The notes under the pieces are model-generated. The model was not told the DNA's origin. It saw only the letters and a program-made list of their open reading frames with translations, and ran no database searches. Source: Eledone cirrhosa (lineage: Eukaryota). From it: DNA of 64,000 nucleotides. Positions 25,901 to 37,739 of the stretch are shown here, in pieces. The stretch lies in contig OZ024744.1 in assembly GCA_964016885.1 (NCBI GenBank), positions 134,478,001 through 134,542,000 of the forward strand, in the 5' to 3' direction. How positions within the stretch are numbered: the stretch's first letter is position 1; every line of letters begins with the position of its first letter. The position numbers and the translations under genes were made by a program.

Positions 25901-28900
25901 TTAAGTTAAGTTGGGGTTAATTTAAGTTGGGGTTAATTAAGTTGGGGTTAAGTTAAGTTGGGGTTAAGTTAAGTTGGGGTTAATTTAAGTTGGGGTTGAG
26001 TTAAGTTGGGGTTAAGTTAAGTTGGGGTTATATTAAGTTGGGGTTAAGTTAAGTTGGGGTTCAGTTAAGTTGGGGATAAGTTAAGTTGGGGTTAAGTTAA
26101 GTTGGGGTTAATTAAGTTGGGGTTAAGTTAAGTTGGGGTTAAGTTAAGTTGGGGCTAAGTTAAGTTGCAGTTAAGTTAAGTTGAGGTTAAGTTAAGGTGG
26201 GGTTAAGTTAAGTCGGGGTTAAGTTAAGTTGTGGTTGAGTTAAGTTGGGGCTAAGTTAATTTGTGGTTAAGTTAAGTTGGGATTAAGTTAAGTTGGGGTT
26301 AAGTTAAGTTGGGGTTGAGTTAAGTTGGGGTTGAGTTAATTTGGGGTTAAGTTAAGTTGGGATTAAGTTAAGTTGGGGTTAAGTTAAGTTAGGTTTAAGT
26401 TAAGTTGGGGTTAAGTTAAGTTGGGGTTAAGTTAAGTTGGGGTTAAGTTAAGTTGGGGTTAAGTTAAGTTGGTGTTAAGTTAATTTGTGGTTAAGTTAAG
26501 TTGGGGTTAAGTTAAGTTGGGGTTAAGTTAAGTTGGGGTTAAGTTAAGTTGGGGTTAAGTTAAGTTGGGGTTAAGTTAAGTTGAGGTTAAGTTAAGTTGG
26601 GGTTAAATTAAGTTGGGGTTAAGTTAAGTTGGGGTTAAGTTAAGTTGGGGTTAAGTTAAGTTGGGGATAAGTTAAGTTGGGGATAATTTAAGTTGGGGTT
26701 AAGTTAAGTTGGGTTTAAGTTAAGTTCGGGTTAAGTTAAGTTGGGGATAAGTTAAGTTGGGGTTAAGTTAAGTTGGGGATAAGTTAAGTTGGGGTTAAGT
26801 TAAGTTGGGGCTAAGTTAAGTTGGGGCTGAGTTAAGTTGGGGTTAAGTTAAGTTGGGGTTAAGTTAAGTTGGGGTTAATTTAAGTTGGGGTTTATTTAAG
26901 TTGGGGTTACGTTAAGTTGGTGTTAAGTTAAGTTGGGGTTAATTTAAGTTGGGGTTAATTAAGTTGGGGTTAAGTTAAGTTGGGGTTAAGTTAAGTTGGG
27001 GTTAATTTAAGTTGGGGTTGAGTTAAGTTGGGGTTAAGTTAAGTTGGGGTTATATTAATTTGGGGTTAAGTTAAGTTGGGGTTCAGTTAAGTTGGGGATA
27101 AGTTAAGTTGGGGTTAAGTTAAGTTGGGGTTAAGTTAAGTTGGGGTTAAGTTAAGTTGGTGTTAAGTTAAGTTGGGGCTAAGTTAAGTTGGGGCTGAGTT
27201 AAGTTGGGGCTGAGTTAAGTTGGGGTTAAGTTAAGTTGGGGTCAAGTTAAGTTGGGGTTAAGTTGGGGTTAAGTTAAGTTAGGTTTAAGTTAAGTTGGGG
27301 TTAAGTTAAGTTGGGGTTGAGTTAAGTTGGGGTTAAGTTAAGTTGGGGTTAAGTTAATTTGTGGTTAAGTTAATTTGTGGTTAAGTTAAGTTGGGGTTAA
27401 GTTAAGTTGGGGTTAAGTTAAGTTGGGGTTAAGTTAAGTTGAGGTTAATTTAAGTTGGGGTTAATTTAAGTTGGGGTTAAGTTAAGTTGGGGTCAAGTTA
27501 AGTTGGGGTTAAGTTGGGGTTAAGTTAAGTTAGGTTTAAGTTAAGTTGGGGTTAAGTTAAGTTGGGGTTAAGTTAAGTTGGGGTTAAGTTAAGTTGGGGT
27601 TAAGTTAAGTTGGGGTTAAGTTAATTTGTGGTTAAGTTAAGTTGGGGTTAAGTTAAGTTGGGGTTAAGTTAAGTTGGGGTTAAGTTAAGTCGGGGTTAAG
27701 TTAAGTTGGGGTTAAGTTAAGTTGGGGTTAATTTAAGTTGGGGTTAAGTTAAGATGGGGTTAAGTTAAGTTGAGGTTAAGTTAAGTTCAGGTTAAGTTAA
27801 GTTGGGGTTAAATTAAGTTGGGGTTAAGTTAAGATGGGGTTAAGTCAAGTTGGGGTTAAGTTAAGTTGGGGATAAGTTAAGTTGGGGATAATTTAAGTTG
27901 GGGTTAAGTTAAGTTGGGTTTAAGTTAAGTTGGGGTTAAGTTAAGTTGGGGTTAAGTTAAGTTGGGGTTAAGTTAAGTTGGGGTTAAGTTAAGTTGGGGC
28001 TAAGTTAAGTTGGGGCTGAGTTAAGTTGGGGTTAAGTTAAGTTGGGGTTAAGTTAAGTTGGGGTTAAGTTAAGTTGGAGTTTATTTAAGTTGGGGTTAAG
28101 TTAAGTTGGGGTTCAGTTAAGTTGGGGTTAAGTTAAGTTGGTTTAAGATGGGGTTAAATTAAGTTGGGGTTAAGTTAAGTTGGGGTTAAGTTAAGTTGGG
28201 GTTAAGTTAAGTTGGGGTTAAGTTAAGTTGGGGTTAAGTTAAGTTGGGGTTAAGTTGGGGTTAAGTTAAGTTAGGTTTAAGTTAAGTTGGGGTTAAGTTA
28301 AGTTGGGGTTAAGTTAAGTTGGGGTTAAGTTAAGTTGGGGTTAAGTTAATTTGTGGTTAAGTTAAGTTGGGGTTAAGTTAAGTTGGGGTTAAGTTAAGTT
28401 GGGGTTAAGTTAAGTCGGAGTTAATTTAAGTTGGGGTTAAGTTAAGTTGGGGTTAATTTAAGTTGGGGTTAAGTTAAGTTGGGGTTAAGTTAAGTTGGGG
28501 TTAAATTAAGTTGGGGTTAAGTTAAGTTGGGGTTAAGTCAAGTTGGGGTTAAGTTAAGTTGGGGATAAGTTAAGTTGGGGATAATTTAAGTTGGGGTTAA
28601 GTTAAGTTGGGTTTAAGTTAAGTTGGGGTTAAGTTAAGTTGGGGTTAAGTTAAGTTGGGGTTAAGTTAAGTTGGGGTTAAGTTAAGTTGGGGCTAAGTTA
28701 AGTTGGGGCTGAGTTAAGTTGGGGTTAAGTTAAGTTGGGGTTAATTTAAGTCGGGGTTAAGTTAAGTTAGGGTTCAGTTAAGTTGGGGTTAAGTTAAGTT
28801 GGGGTTGAGTTAAGTTGGGGTTGAGTTAAATTGGGGTTGAGTTAAGTTGGGGTTGAGTTAAGTTGGTGTTGAGTTAAGTTGGGGTTAAGTTAAGTTGGGG

Positions 28901-29411
28901 TTAAGTTAAGTTGCAGTTAAGTTAAGTTGAGGTTAAGTTAAGGTGCGGTTAAGTTAAGTTGGGGTTAAGTTAAGTTGGGGCTAAGTTAAGTTGGGGCTAA
29001 GTTAAGTTGGGGCTAATTTAAGTTGGGGTTAAGTTAAGTTGGGGTTAAGTTAAGTCGGGGTTAAGTTAAGTTGGGGTTAAGTTAAGTTGGGGTTAATTTA
29101 AGTTGGGGTTAAGTTAAGTTGGGGTTAAGTTAAGTTGGGGTTAAGTTAAGTTGGGGTTAAGTTAAGTTGGGTTTAAGTTAAGTTGGGGTTAAGTTAAGTT
29201 GGGTTTAAGTTAAGTTGGGGTTAAGTTAAGTTGGGGTTAAGTTAAGTTGGGGTTAAGTTAAGTTGGTTAGTTAAGTTGAGTTTAAGTTAAGTTGGGGTTA
29301 ATTTAAGTTGGGGTTAAGTTATGTTGGGGTTAAGTTAAGTTAGGGTTAAGTTAAGTTGGGGTTAAGTTAAGTTGGGGTTAAGTTAAGTTGGGGTTAAGTT
29401 AAGTTGGGGTT

Positions 29412-29587
29412 AACCCCAACTTAACTTAACCCCAACTTCACTCAACCCCAACGTAACTCAACCCCAACTTAACTTATCCCCAACTTCACTCAACCCCAAC
29501 TTAACTTAACCCCAACTTCACTCAACCCCAACTTCCAACTTGACTTAATCCCAACTTAACTTAGCCCCAACTTAACTTAAGCCCTAA
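29412..29587 (-). repeat. Inverted satellite block 7
   Basis: Centre 29411/29412. Appears identical to block 6. Confidence 0.97.
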
Positions 29588-32500
29588 GTCGGGGTTAAGT
29601 TAAGTTGGCGTTAAGTTAAGTTAGGCTTAACTTAAGTTGGGGTTCAGTTAAGTTGGGGGTAAGTTAAGTTGAGGGTAAGTTAAGTTGGGGTTAAGTTAAG
29701 TTGCGGTTAAGTTGGGGTTAAGTTAAGTTAGGGTTAAGTTAAGTTGGGGTTGAGTTAAGTTGGGGTTAATTAAGTGGTGGTTATGTTAAGTTGGGGTTAA
29801 GTTAAGTTGGGGTTAATTTAAATTGGGGTTAAGTTAACTTTGTGGTTAAGTTAAGTTGGGGTTAAGTTAAGTTGGGGTTAAGTTGGGGTTGAGTTAAGTT
29901 GGGGTTGAGTGAAGTTGGGGTTAAGTTAAGTTGGGGTTAAGTTAAGTTGGGGTTAAGTTAAGTCGGGGTTAAGTTAAGTTGTGGTTGAGTTAAGTTGGGG
30001 TTAATTTAAGTTGGGGTTAAGTTAAGTTGGGGTTAAGTTAAGTTGGGGTTAAGTTAAGATGGGGTTAAGTTAAGTTGGGATTAAGTTAAGTTGAGGTTAA
30101 GTTAAGTTGGGGTTAAATTAAGTTGGGGTTAAGTTAAGTTGGGGTTAAGTTAAGTTGGGGTTAAGTTAAGTTGGGGATAAGTTAAGTTGGGGATAATTTA
30201 AGTTGGGGTTAAGTTAAGTTGGGTTGAAGTTAAGTTGGGGTTAAGTTAATTTGTGGTTAAGTTAAGTTGGGGTTAAGTTAAGTTGGGGTTAAGTTAAGTT
30301 GGGGTTAAGTTAAGTCGGGGTTAAGTTAAGTTGGGGTTAAGTTAAGTTGGGGTTAATTTAAGTTGGGGTTAAGTTAAGTTGGGGTTAAGTTAAGTTGGGG
30401 TTAATTTAAGATGGGGTTAAGTTAAGTTGGGGTTAAGTTAAGTTGAGGTTAAGTTAAGTTGGGGTTAAATTAAGTTGGGGTTAAGTTAAGTTGGGGTTAA
30501 GTTAAGTTGGGGTTAAGTTAAGTTGGGGATAAGTTAAGTTGGGGATAATTTAAGTTGGGGTTAAGTTAAGTTGGGTTTAAGTTAAGTTGGGGTTAAGTTA
30601 AGTTGGGGTTAAGTTATATTGGGGTTAAGTTAAGTTGGGGTTAAGTTAAGTTGGGGCTAAGTTAAGTTGGGGCTGAGTTAAGTTGGGGTTAAGTTAAGTT
30701 GGGGTTAAGTTAAGTTGGGGTTAAGTTAAGTTGGGGTTTATTTAAGTTAGGGTTAAGTTAAGTTGGGGTTCAGTAAAGTTGGGGTTAAGTTAAGTCGGGG
30801 TTAAGTTAAGTCGGGGTTAAGTTAAGTTAGGGTTCAGTTAAGTTGGGGTTAAGTTAAGTTGGGCTTGAGTTAAGTTGGGGTTGAGTTAAATTGGGGTTGA
30901 GTTAAGTTGGGGTTGAGTTAAGTTGGTGTTGAGTTAAGTTGGGGTTAAGTTAAGTTGGGGTTAAGTTAAGTTGCAGTTAAGTTAAGTTGAGGTTAAGTTA
31001 AGGTGGGGTTAAGTTAAGTCGGGGTTAAGTTAAGTTGTGGTTGAGTTAAGTTGGGGTTAATTTAAGTTGGGGCTAAGTTAATTTGTGGTTAAGTTAAGTT
31101 GGTGTTAACTTAAGTTGGGGTTAAGTTAAGTTGGAGTTGAGTTAAGTTGGGGTTGAGTTAATTTGGGGTTAAGTTAAGTTGGGGTTAATTTAAGTTGGGT
31201 TTAAGTTAATTTGGGGTTAAATTAAGTTGGGGTTAAATTAAGTTGGGGTTAAGTTATGTCGGGGGTAAGTTAAGTTGGGGGCAAGTTAAGTTGGGGTTAA
31301 TTTAAGTTTGGGTTAAATTAAGTTGGGGTTACGTTAAGTTGGTGTTAAGTTAAGTTGGGGTTAATTTAAGTTGGGGTTAATTAAGTTGGGGTTAAGTTAA
31401 GTTGGGGTTAAGTTAAGTTGGGGTTAATTTAAGTTGGGGTTGAGTTAAGTTGGGGTTAAGTTAAGTTGGGGTTATATTAAGTTGGGGTTAAGTTAAGTTG
31501 GGGATAAGTTAAGTTGGGGTTAAGTTAAGTTGGGGTTAATTTAAGTTGGGGTTAAGTTAAGTTGGTGTTAAGTTAAGTTGGGGCTAAGTTAAGTTGGGGC
31601 TGAGTTAAGTTGGGGCTGAGTTAAGTTGGAGTTAAGTTAAGTTGGGGTTGAGTTAAGTTGGGGTTAAGTTAATTTGGGGTCAAGTTAATTTGGGGTTAAG
31701 TTGGGGTTAAGTTAAGTTAGGTTTAAGTTAAGTTGGGGTTAAGTTAAGTTGGGGTTAAGTTAAGTTGGGGTTAAGTTAAGTTGGGGTTAAAATTAAGTTG
31801 GGGTTAAGTTAATTTGTGGTTAAGTTAAGTTGGGGTTAAGTTAAGTTCGGGTTAAGTTAAGTTGGGGTTAAGTTAAGTCGGGGTTAAGTTAAGTTGGGGT
31901 TAAGTTAAGTTGGGGTTAATTTAAGTTGGGGTTAAGTTAAGTTGGGGTTAAGTTAAGTTGGGGTTAAGTTAAGTTGGGGTTAAGTTAAGTTGAGGTTAAG
32001 TTAAGTTGGGGTTAAATTAAGTTGGGGTTAAGTTAAGTTGGGGTTAAGTTAAGTTGGGGTTAAGTTAAGTAGGGGATAAGTTAAGTTGGGGATAATTTAA
32101 GTTGGGGTTAAGTTAAGTTGGGTTTAAGTTAAGTTGGGGTTAAGTTAAGTTGGGGATAAGTTAAGTTGGGGTTAAGTTAAGTTGGGGTTAAGTTAAGTTG
32201 GGGTTAAGCTAAGTTGGGGCTAAGTTAAGTTGGGGCTGAGTTAAGTTGGGGTTAAGTTAAGTTGGGGTTAAGTTAAGTTGGGGTTAAGTTAAGTTGGGGT
32301 TTATTTAAGTTGGGGTTAAATTAAGTTGGGGTTCAGTTAAGTTGGGGTTAAATTAAGTTGGGGTTAAGTTAAGTTGGGGTTAAGTTAAGTTGGGGTTAAG
32401 TTAAGTTGGGGTTAAGTTAAGTCGGGGTTAAGTTAAGTCGTGGTTAAGTTAAGTTAGGGTTCAGTTAAGTTGGGGTTAAGTTAAGTTGGGGTTGAGTTAA

Positions 32501-34955
32501 GTTGGTTTTGAGTTAAGTTGGGGTTAAGTTAAGTTGGGGTTAAGTTAAGTTGGGGTTAAGTTAAGTTGGGGTTAAGTTAAGTTGGGGTTAATTTAAGTTG
32601 GGGTTAAGTTAAGTTGGGGTTAAGTTAAGTTGGGGTTAAGTTAAGTTGGGGTTAAGTTAAGTTGGGGTTAAGTTAAGTCGGGGTTAATTTAAGTCGGGGT
32701 TAAGTTAAGTTAGGGTTCAGTTAAGTTGGGGTTAAGTTAAGTTGGGGTTGAGTTAAGTTGGGGTTGAGTTAAATTGGGGTTGAGTTAAGTTGGTGTTGAG
32801 TTAAGTTGGTGTTGAGTTAAGTTGGGGTTAAGTTAAGTTGGGGTTAAGTTAAGTTGCAGTTAAGTTAAGTTGAGGTTTAGTTAAGGTGGGGTTAAGTTAA
32901 GTTGGGGTTGAGTTAAGTTGGGGTTGAGTTAATTTGGGGTTAAGTTAAGTTGGGGTTAATTTAAGTTGGGTTTAAGTTAAGTTGGGGTTAAATTAAGTTG
33001 GGGTTAAATTAAGTTGGGGTTAAGTTAAGTTGGGGGTAAGTTAAGTTGGGGGCAAGTTAAGTTGGGGTTAATTTAAGTTGGGGTTAAATTAAGTTGGGGT
33101 TACGTTAAGTTGGTGTTAAGTTAAGTTGGGGTTAATTTAAGTTGGGGTTAATTAAGTTGGGGTTAAGTTAAGTTGGGGTTAAGTTAAGTTGGGGTTAATT
33201 TAAGTTGGGGTTGAGTTAAGTTGGGGTTAAGTTAAGTTGGGGTTATATTAAGTTGGGGTTAAGTTAAGTTGGGGTTCAGTTAAGTTGGGGATAAGTTAAG
33301 TTGGGGTTAAGTTAAGTTGGGGTTAATTAAGTTGGGGTTAAGTTAAGTTGGGGTTAAGTTAAGTTGGGGCTAAGTTAAGTTGCAGTTAAGTTAAGTTGAG
33401 GTTAAGTTAAGGTGGGGTTAAGTTAAGTCGGGGTTAAGTTAAGTTGTGGTTGAGTTAAGTTGGGGCTAAGTTAATTTGTGGTTAAGTTAAGTTGGGGTTA
33501 AGTTAAGTTGGGGTTAAGTTAAGTTGGGGTTGAGTTAAGTTGGGGTTGAGTTAATTTGGGGTTAAGTTAAGTTGGGATTAAGTTAAGTTGGGTTTAAGTT
33601 AAGTTGGGGTTAAATTAAGTTGGGGTTAAATTAAGTTGGGGTTAAGTTAAGTTGGGGGTAAGTTAAGTTGGGGGCAAGTTAAGTTGGGGTTAATTTAAGT
33701 TGGGGTTAAATTAAGTTGGGGTAACGTTAAGTTGGTGTTAAGTTAAGTTGGGGTTAATTTAAGTTGGGGTTAATTAAGTTGGGGTTAAGTTAAGTTGGGG
33801 TTAAGTTAAGTTGGGGTTAATTTAAGTTGGGGTTGAGTTAAGTTGGGGTTCAGTTAAGTTGGGGATAAGTTAAGTTGGGGTTAAGTTAAGTTGGGGTTAA
33901 GTTAAGTTGGGGTTAAGTTAAGTTGGTGTTAAGTTAAGTTGGGGCTAAGTTAAGTTGGGGCTGAGTTAAGTTGGGGCTGAGTTAAGTTGGGGTTAAGTTA
34001 AATTGGGGTTGAGTTAAGTTGGGGTTAAGTTAAGTTGGGGTCAAGTTAAGTTGGGGTTAAGTTGGGGTTAAGTTAAGTTAGGTTTAAGTTAAGTTGGGGT
34101 TAAGTTAAGTTGGGGTTAAGTTAAGTTGGGGTTAAGTTAAATTGGGGTTAAGTTAAGTTGGTGTTAAGTTAATTTGTGGTTAAGTTAAGTTGGGGTTAAG
34201 TTAAGTTGGGGTTAAGTTAAGTTGGGGTTAAGTTAAGTCGGGGTTAAGTTAAGTTGGGGTTAAGTTAAGTTGGGGTTAATTTAAGTTGGGGTTAAATTAA
34301 GTTGGGGTTAAGTTAAGTTGGGGTTAAGTTAAGTTGGGGTTAAGTTAAGTTGGGGTTAAGTTAAGTTGAGGTTAAGTTAAGTTGGGGTTAAATTAAGTTG
34401 GGGTTAAGTTAAGTTGGGGTTAAGTTAAGTTGGGGTTAAGTTAAGTTGGGGATAAGTTAAGTTGGGGATAATTTAAGTTGGGGTTAAGTTAAGTTGGGTT
34501 TAAGTTAAGTTGGGGTTAAGTTAAGTTGGGGTTAAGTTAAGTTGGGGATAAGTTAAGTTGGGGTCAAGTTAAGTTGGGGTTAAGTTGGGGTTAAGTTAAT
34601 TTATGGTTAAGTTAAGTTGGGGTTAAGTTAAGTTGGGGTTAAGTTAAGTTGGGGTTAAGTTAAGTCGGGGTTAAGTTAAGTTGGGGTTAAGTTAAGTTGG
34701 GGTTAATTTAAGTTGGGGTTAAGTTAAGTTGGGGTCAAGTTAAGTTGGGGTTAAGTTGGGGTTAAGTTAAGTTAGGTTTAAGTTAAGTTGGGGTTAAGTT
34801 AAGTTGGGGTTAAGTTAAGTTGGGGTTAAGTTAAGTTGGGGTTAAGTTAATTTGTGGTTAAGTTAAGTTGGGGTTAAGTTAAGTTGGGGTTAAGTTAAGT
34901 TGGGGTTAAGTTAAGTCGGGGTTAAGTTAAGTTGGGGTTAAGTTAAGTTGGGGTT

Positions 34956-35076
34956 AACCCCAACTTAACTTAACCCCAACTTCACTCAACCCCAACGTAA
35001 CTCAACCCCAACTTAACTTAACCCCAACTTCACTCAACCCCAACTTAACTTAGCCCCAACTTAACTTAAGCCCTAA
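34956..35076 (-). repeat. Inverted satellite block 8 (internally shortened by 55 bp)
   Basis: Centre 34955/34956. CCCTAA begins 115 bp after the centre instead of 170 bp. Lacks the AACTTCCAACTTGACTTAATCCC segment. Confidence 0.96.
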
Positions 35077-37739
35077 GTCGGGGTTAAGTTAAGTTGGCGT
35101 TAAGTTAAGTTAGGCTTAACTTAAGTTGGGATTCAGTTAAGTTGGGGGTAAGTTAAGTTGGGGGTAAGTTAAGTTGGGGTTAAGTTAAGTTGCGGTTAAG
35201 TTGGGGTTAAGTTAAGTTAGGGTTAAGTTAAGTTGGGGTTGAGTTAAGTTGGGGTTAATTAAGTGGTGGTTATGTTAAGTTGGGGTTAAGTTAAGTTGGG
35301 GTTAATTTAAATTGGGGTTAAGTTAACTTTGTGGTTAAGTTAAGTTGGGGTTAAGTTAAGTTGGGGTTAAGTTAAGTTGGGGTTAAGTTAAGTCGGGGTT
35401 AAGTTAAGTTGTGGTTGAGTTAAGTTGGGGTTAATTTAAGTTGGGGTTAAGTTAAGTTGGGGTTAAGTTAAGTTGGGGTTAAGTTAAGATGGGGTTAAGT
35501 TAAGTTGGGGTTAAGTTAAGTTGAGGTTAAGTTAAGTTGGGGTTAAATTAAGTTGGGGTTAATTTAAGTTGGGGTTAAGTTAAGTTGGGGTTAAGTTAAG
35601 TTGGGGATAAGTTAAGTTGGGGATAATTTAAGTTGGGTTAAGTTAAGTTGGGTTTAAGTTAAGTTGGGGTTAAGTTAATTTGTGGTTAAGTTAAGTTGGG
35701 GTTAAGTTAAGTTGGGGTTAAGTTAAGTTGGGGTTAAGTTAAGTCGGGGTTAAGTTAAGTTGGGGTTAAGTTAAGTTGGGGTTAATTTAAGTTGGGGTTA
35801 AGTTAAGTTGGGGTTAAGTTAAGTTGGGGTTAATTTAAGATGGGGTTAAATTAAGTTGGGGTTAAGTTAAGTTGGGGTTAAGTTAAGTTGGGGTTAAGTT
35901 AAGTTGGGGATAAGTTAAGTTGGGGATAATTTAAGTTGGGGTTAAGTTAAGTTGGGCTTAAGTTAAGTTGGGGTTAAGTTAAGTTGGGGTTAAGTTAAGT
36001 TGGGGTTAAGTTAAGTTGGGGTTAAGTTAAGTTGGGGTTAAGTTAAGTTGGGGTTTATTTAAGTTGGGGTTAAGTTACGTTGGGGTTCATTTAAGTTGGG
36101 GTTAAGTTAAGTCGGGGTTAAGTTAAGTCGGGGTTAAGTTAAGTTAGGGTTCAGTTAAGTTGGGGTTAAGTTAAGTTGGGCTTGAGTTAAGTTGGGGTTG
36201 AGTTAAGTTGGGGTTAAGTTAAGTTGGGGTTAAGTTAAGTTGAGGTTAAGTTAAGTTGGGGTTAAATTAAGTTGGGGTTAAGTTAAGTTGGGGTTAAGTT
36301 AAGTTGGGGTTAAGTTAAGTTGGGGATAAGTTAAGTTGGGGATAATTTAAGTTGGGGTTAAGTTAAGTTGGGTTTAAGTTAAGTTGGGGTTAAGTTAAGT
36401 TGGGGATAAGTTAAGTTGGGGTTAAGTTAAGTTGGGGATAAGTTAAGTTGGGGTTAAGTTAAGTTGGGGCTAAGTTAAGTTGGGGCTGAGTTAAGTTGGG
36501 GTTAAGTTAAGTTGGGGTTAATTTAAGTTGGGGTTTATTTAAGTTGGGGTTACGTTAAGTTGGTGTTAAGTTAAGTTGGGGTTAATTTAAGTTGGGGTTA
36601 ATTAAGTTGGGGTTAAGTTAAGTTGGGGTTAAGTTAAGTTGGGGTTAATTTAAGTTGGGGTTGAGTTAAGTTGGGGTTAAGTTAAGTTGGGGTTATATTA
36701 ATTTGGGGTTAAGTTAAGTTGGGGTTCAGTTAAGTTGGGGATAAGTTAAGTTGGGGTTAAGTTAAGTTGGGGTTAAGTTAAGTTGGGGTTAAGTTAAGTT
36801 GGTGTTAAGTTAAGTTGGGGCTAAGTTAAGTTGGGGCTGAGTTAAGTTGGGACTGAGTTAAGTTGGGGTTAAGTTAAGTTGGGGTCAAGTTAAGTTGGGG
36901 TTAAGTTGGGGTTAAGTTAAGTTAGGTTTAAGTTAAGTTGGGGTTAAGTTAAGTTGGGGTTAAGTTAAGTTGGGGTTAATTTAAGTTGGGGTTAAGTTAA
37001 GTCGGGGTTAAGTTAAGTTGGGGTTAAGTTAAGTTGGGGTTAATTTAAGTTGGGGTTAAGTTAAGTTGGGGTTAAGTTAAGTTGGGGTTAAGTTAAGATG
37101 GGGTTAAGTTAAGTTGGGGTTAAGTTAAGTTCAGGTTAAGTTAAGTTGGGGTTAAATTAAGTTGGGGTTAAGTTAAGATGTGGTTAAGTCAAGTTGGGGT
37201 TAAGTTAAGTTGGGGATAAGTTAAGTTGGGGATAATTTAAGTTGGGGTTAAGTTAAGTTGGGTTTAAGTTAAGTTGGGGTTAAGTTAATTTGTGGTTAAG
37301 TTAAGTTGGGGTTAAGTTAAGTTGGGGTTAATTTAAGTTGGGGTTAAGTTAAGTCGGGGTTAAGTTAAGTTGGGGTTAAGTTAAGTTGGGGTTAATTTAA
37401 GTTGGGGTTAAGTTAAGTCGGGGTTAAGTTAAGTTGGGGTTAAGTTAAGTTGGGGTTAATTTAAGTTGGGGTTAAGTTAAGTTGGGGTTAAGTTAAGTTG
37501 GGGTTAAGTTAGGATGGGGTTAAGTTAAGTTGGGGTTAAGTTAAGTTCAGGTTAAGTTAAGTTGGGGTTAAATTAAGTTGGGGTTAAGTTAAGATGGGGT
37601 TAAGTCAAGTTGGGGTTAAGTTAAGTTGGGGATAAGTTAAGTTGGGGATAATTTAAGTTGGGGTTAAGTTAAGTTGGGTTTAAGTTAAGTTGGGGTTAAG
37701 TTAAGTTGGGGTTAAGTTAAGTTGGGGTTAAGTTAAGTT

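Larger units (their letters stand above)
16026..29717 (+). repeat. Tandem duplication of ~7 kb (16026-23108 and 23109-~29717); second copy 474 bp shorter
   Basis: Rare markers at offset 7083 (TTAAAATT 17094/24177; CTGGAG 18588/25671), then at offset 6609 (GTTCGGG 20118/26727; palindrome centres 22803/29412). Confidence 0.9.
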
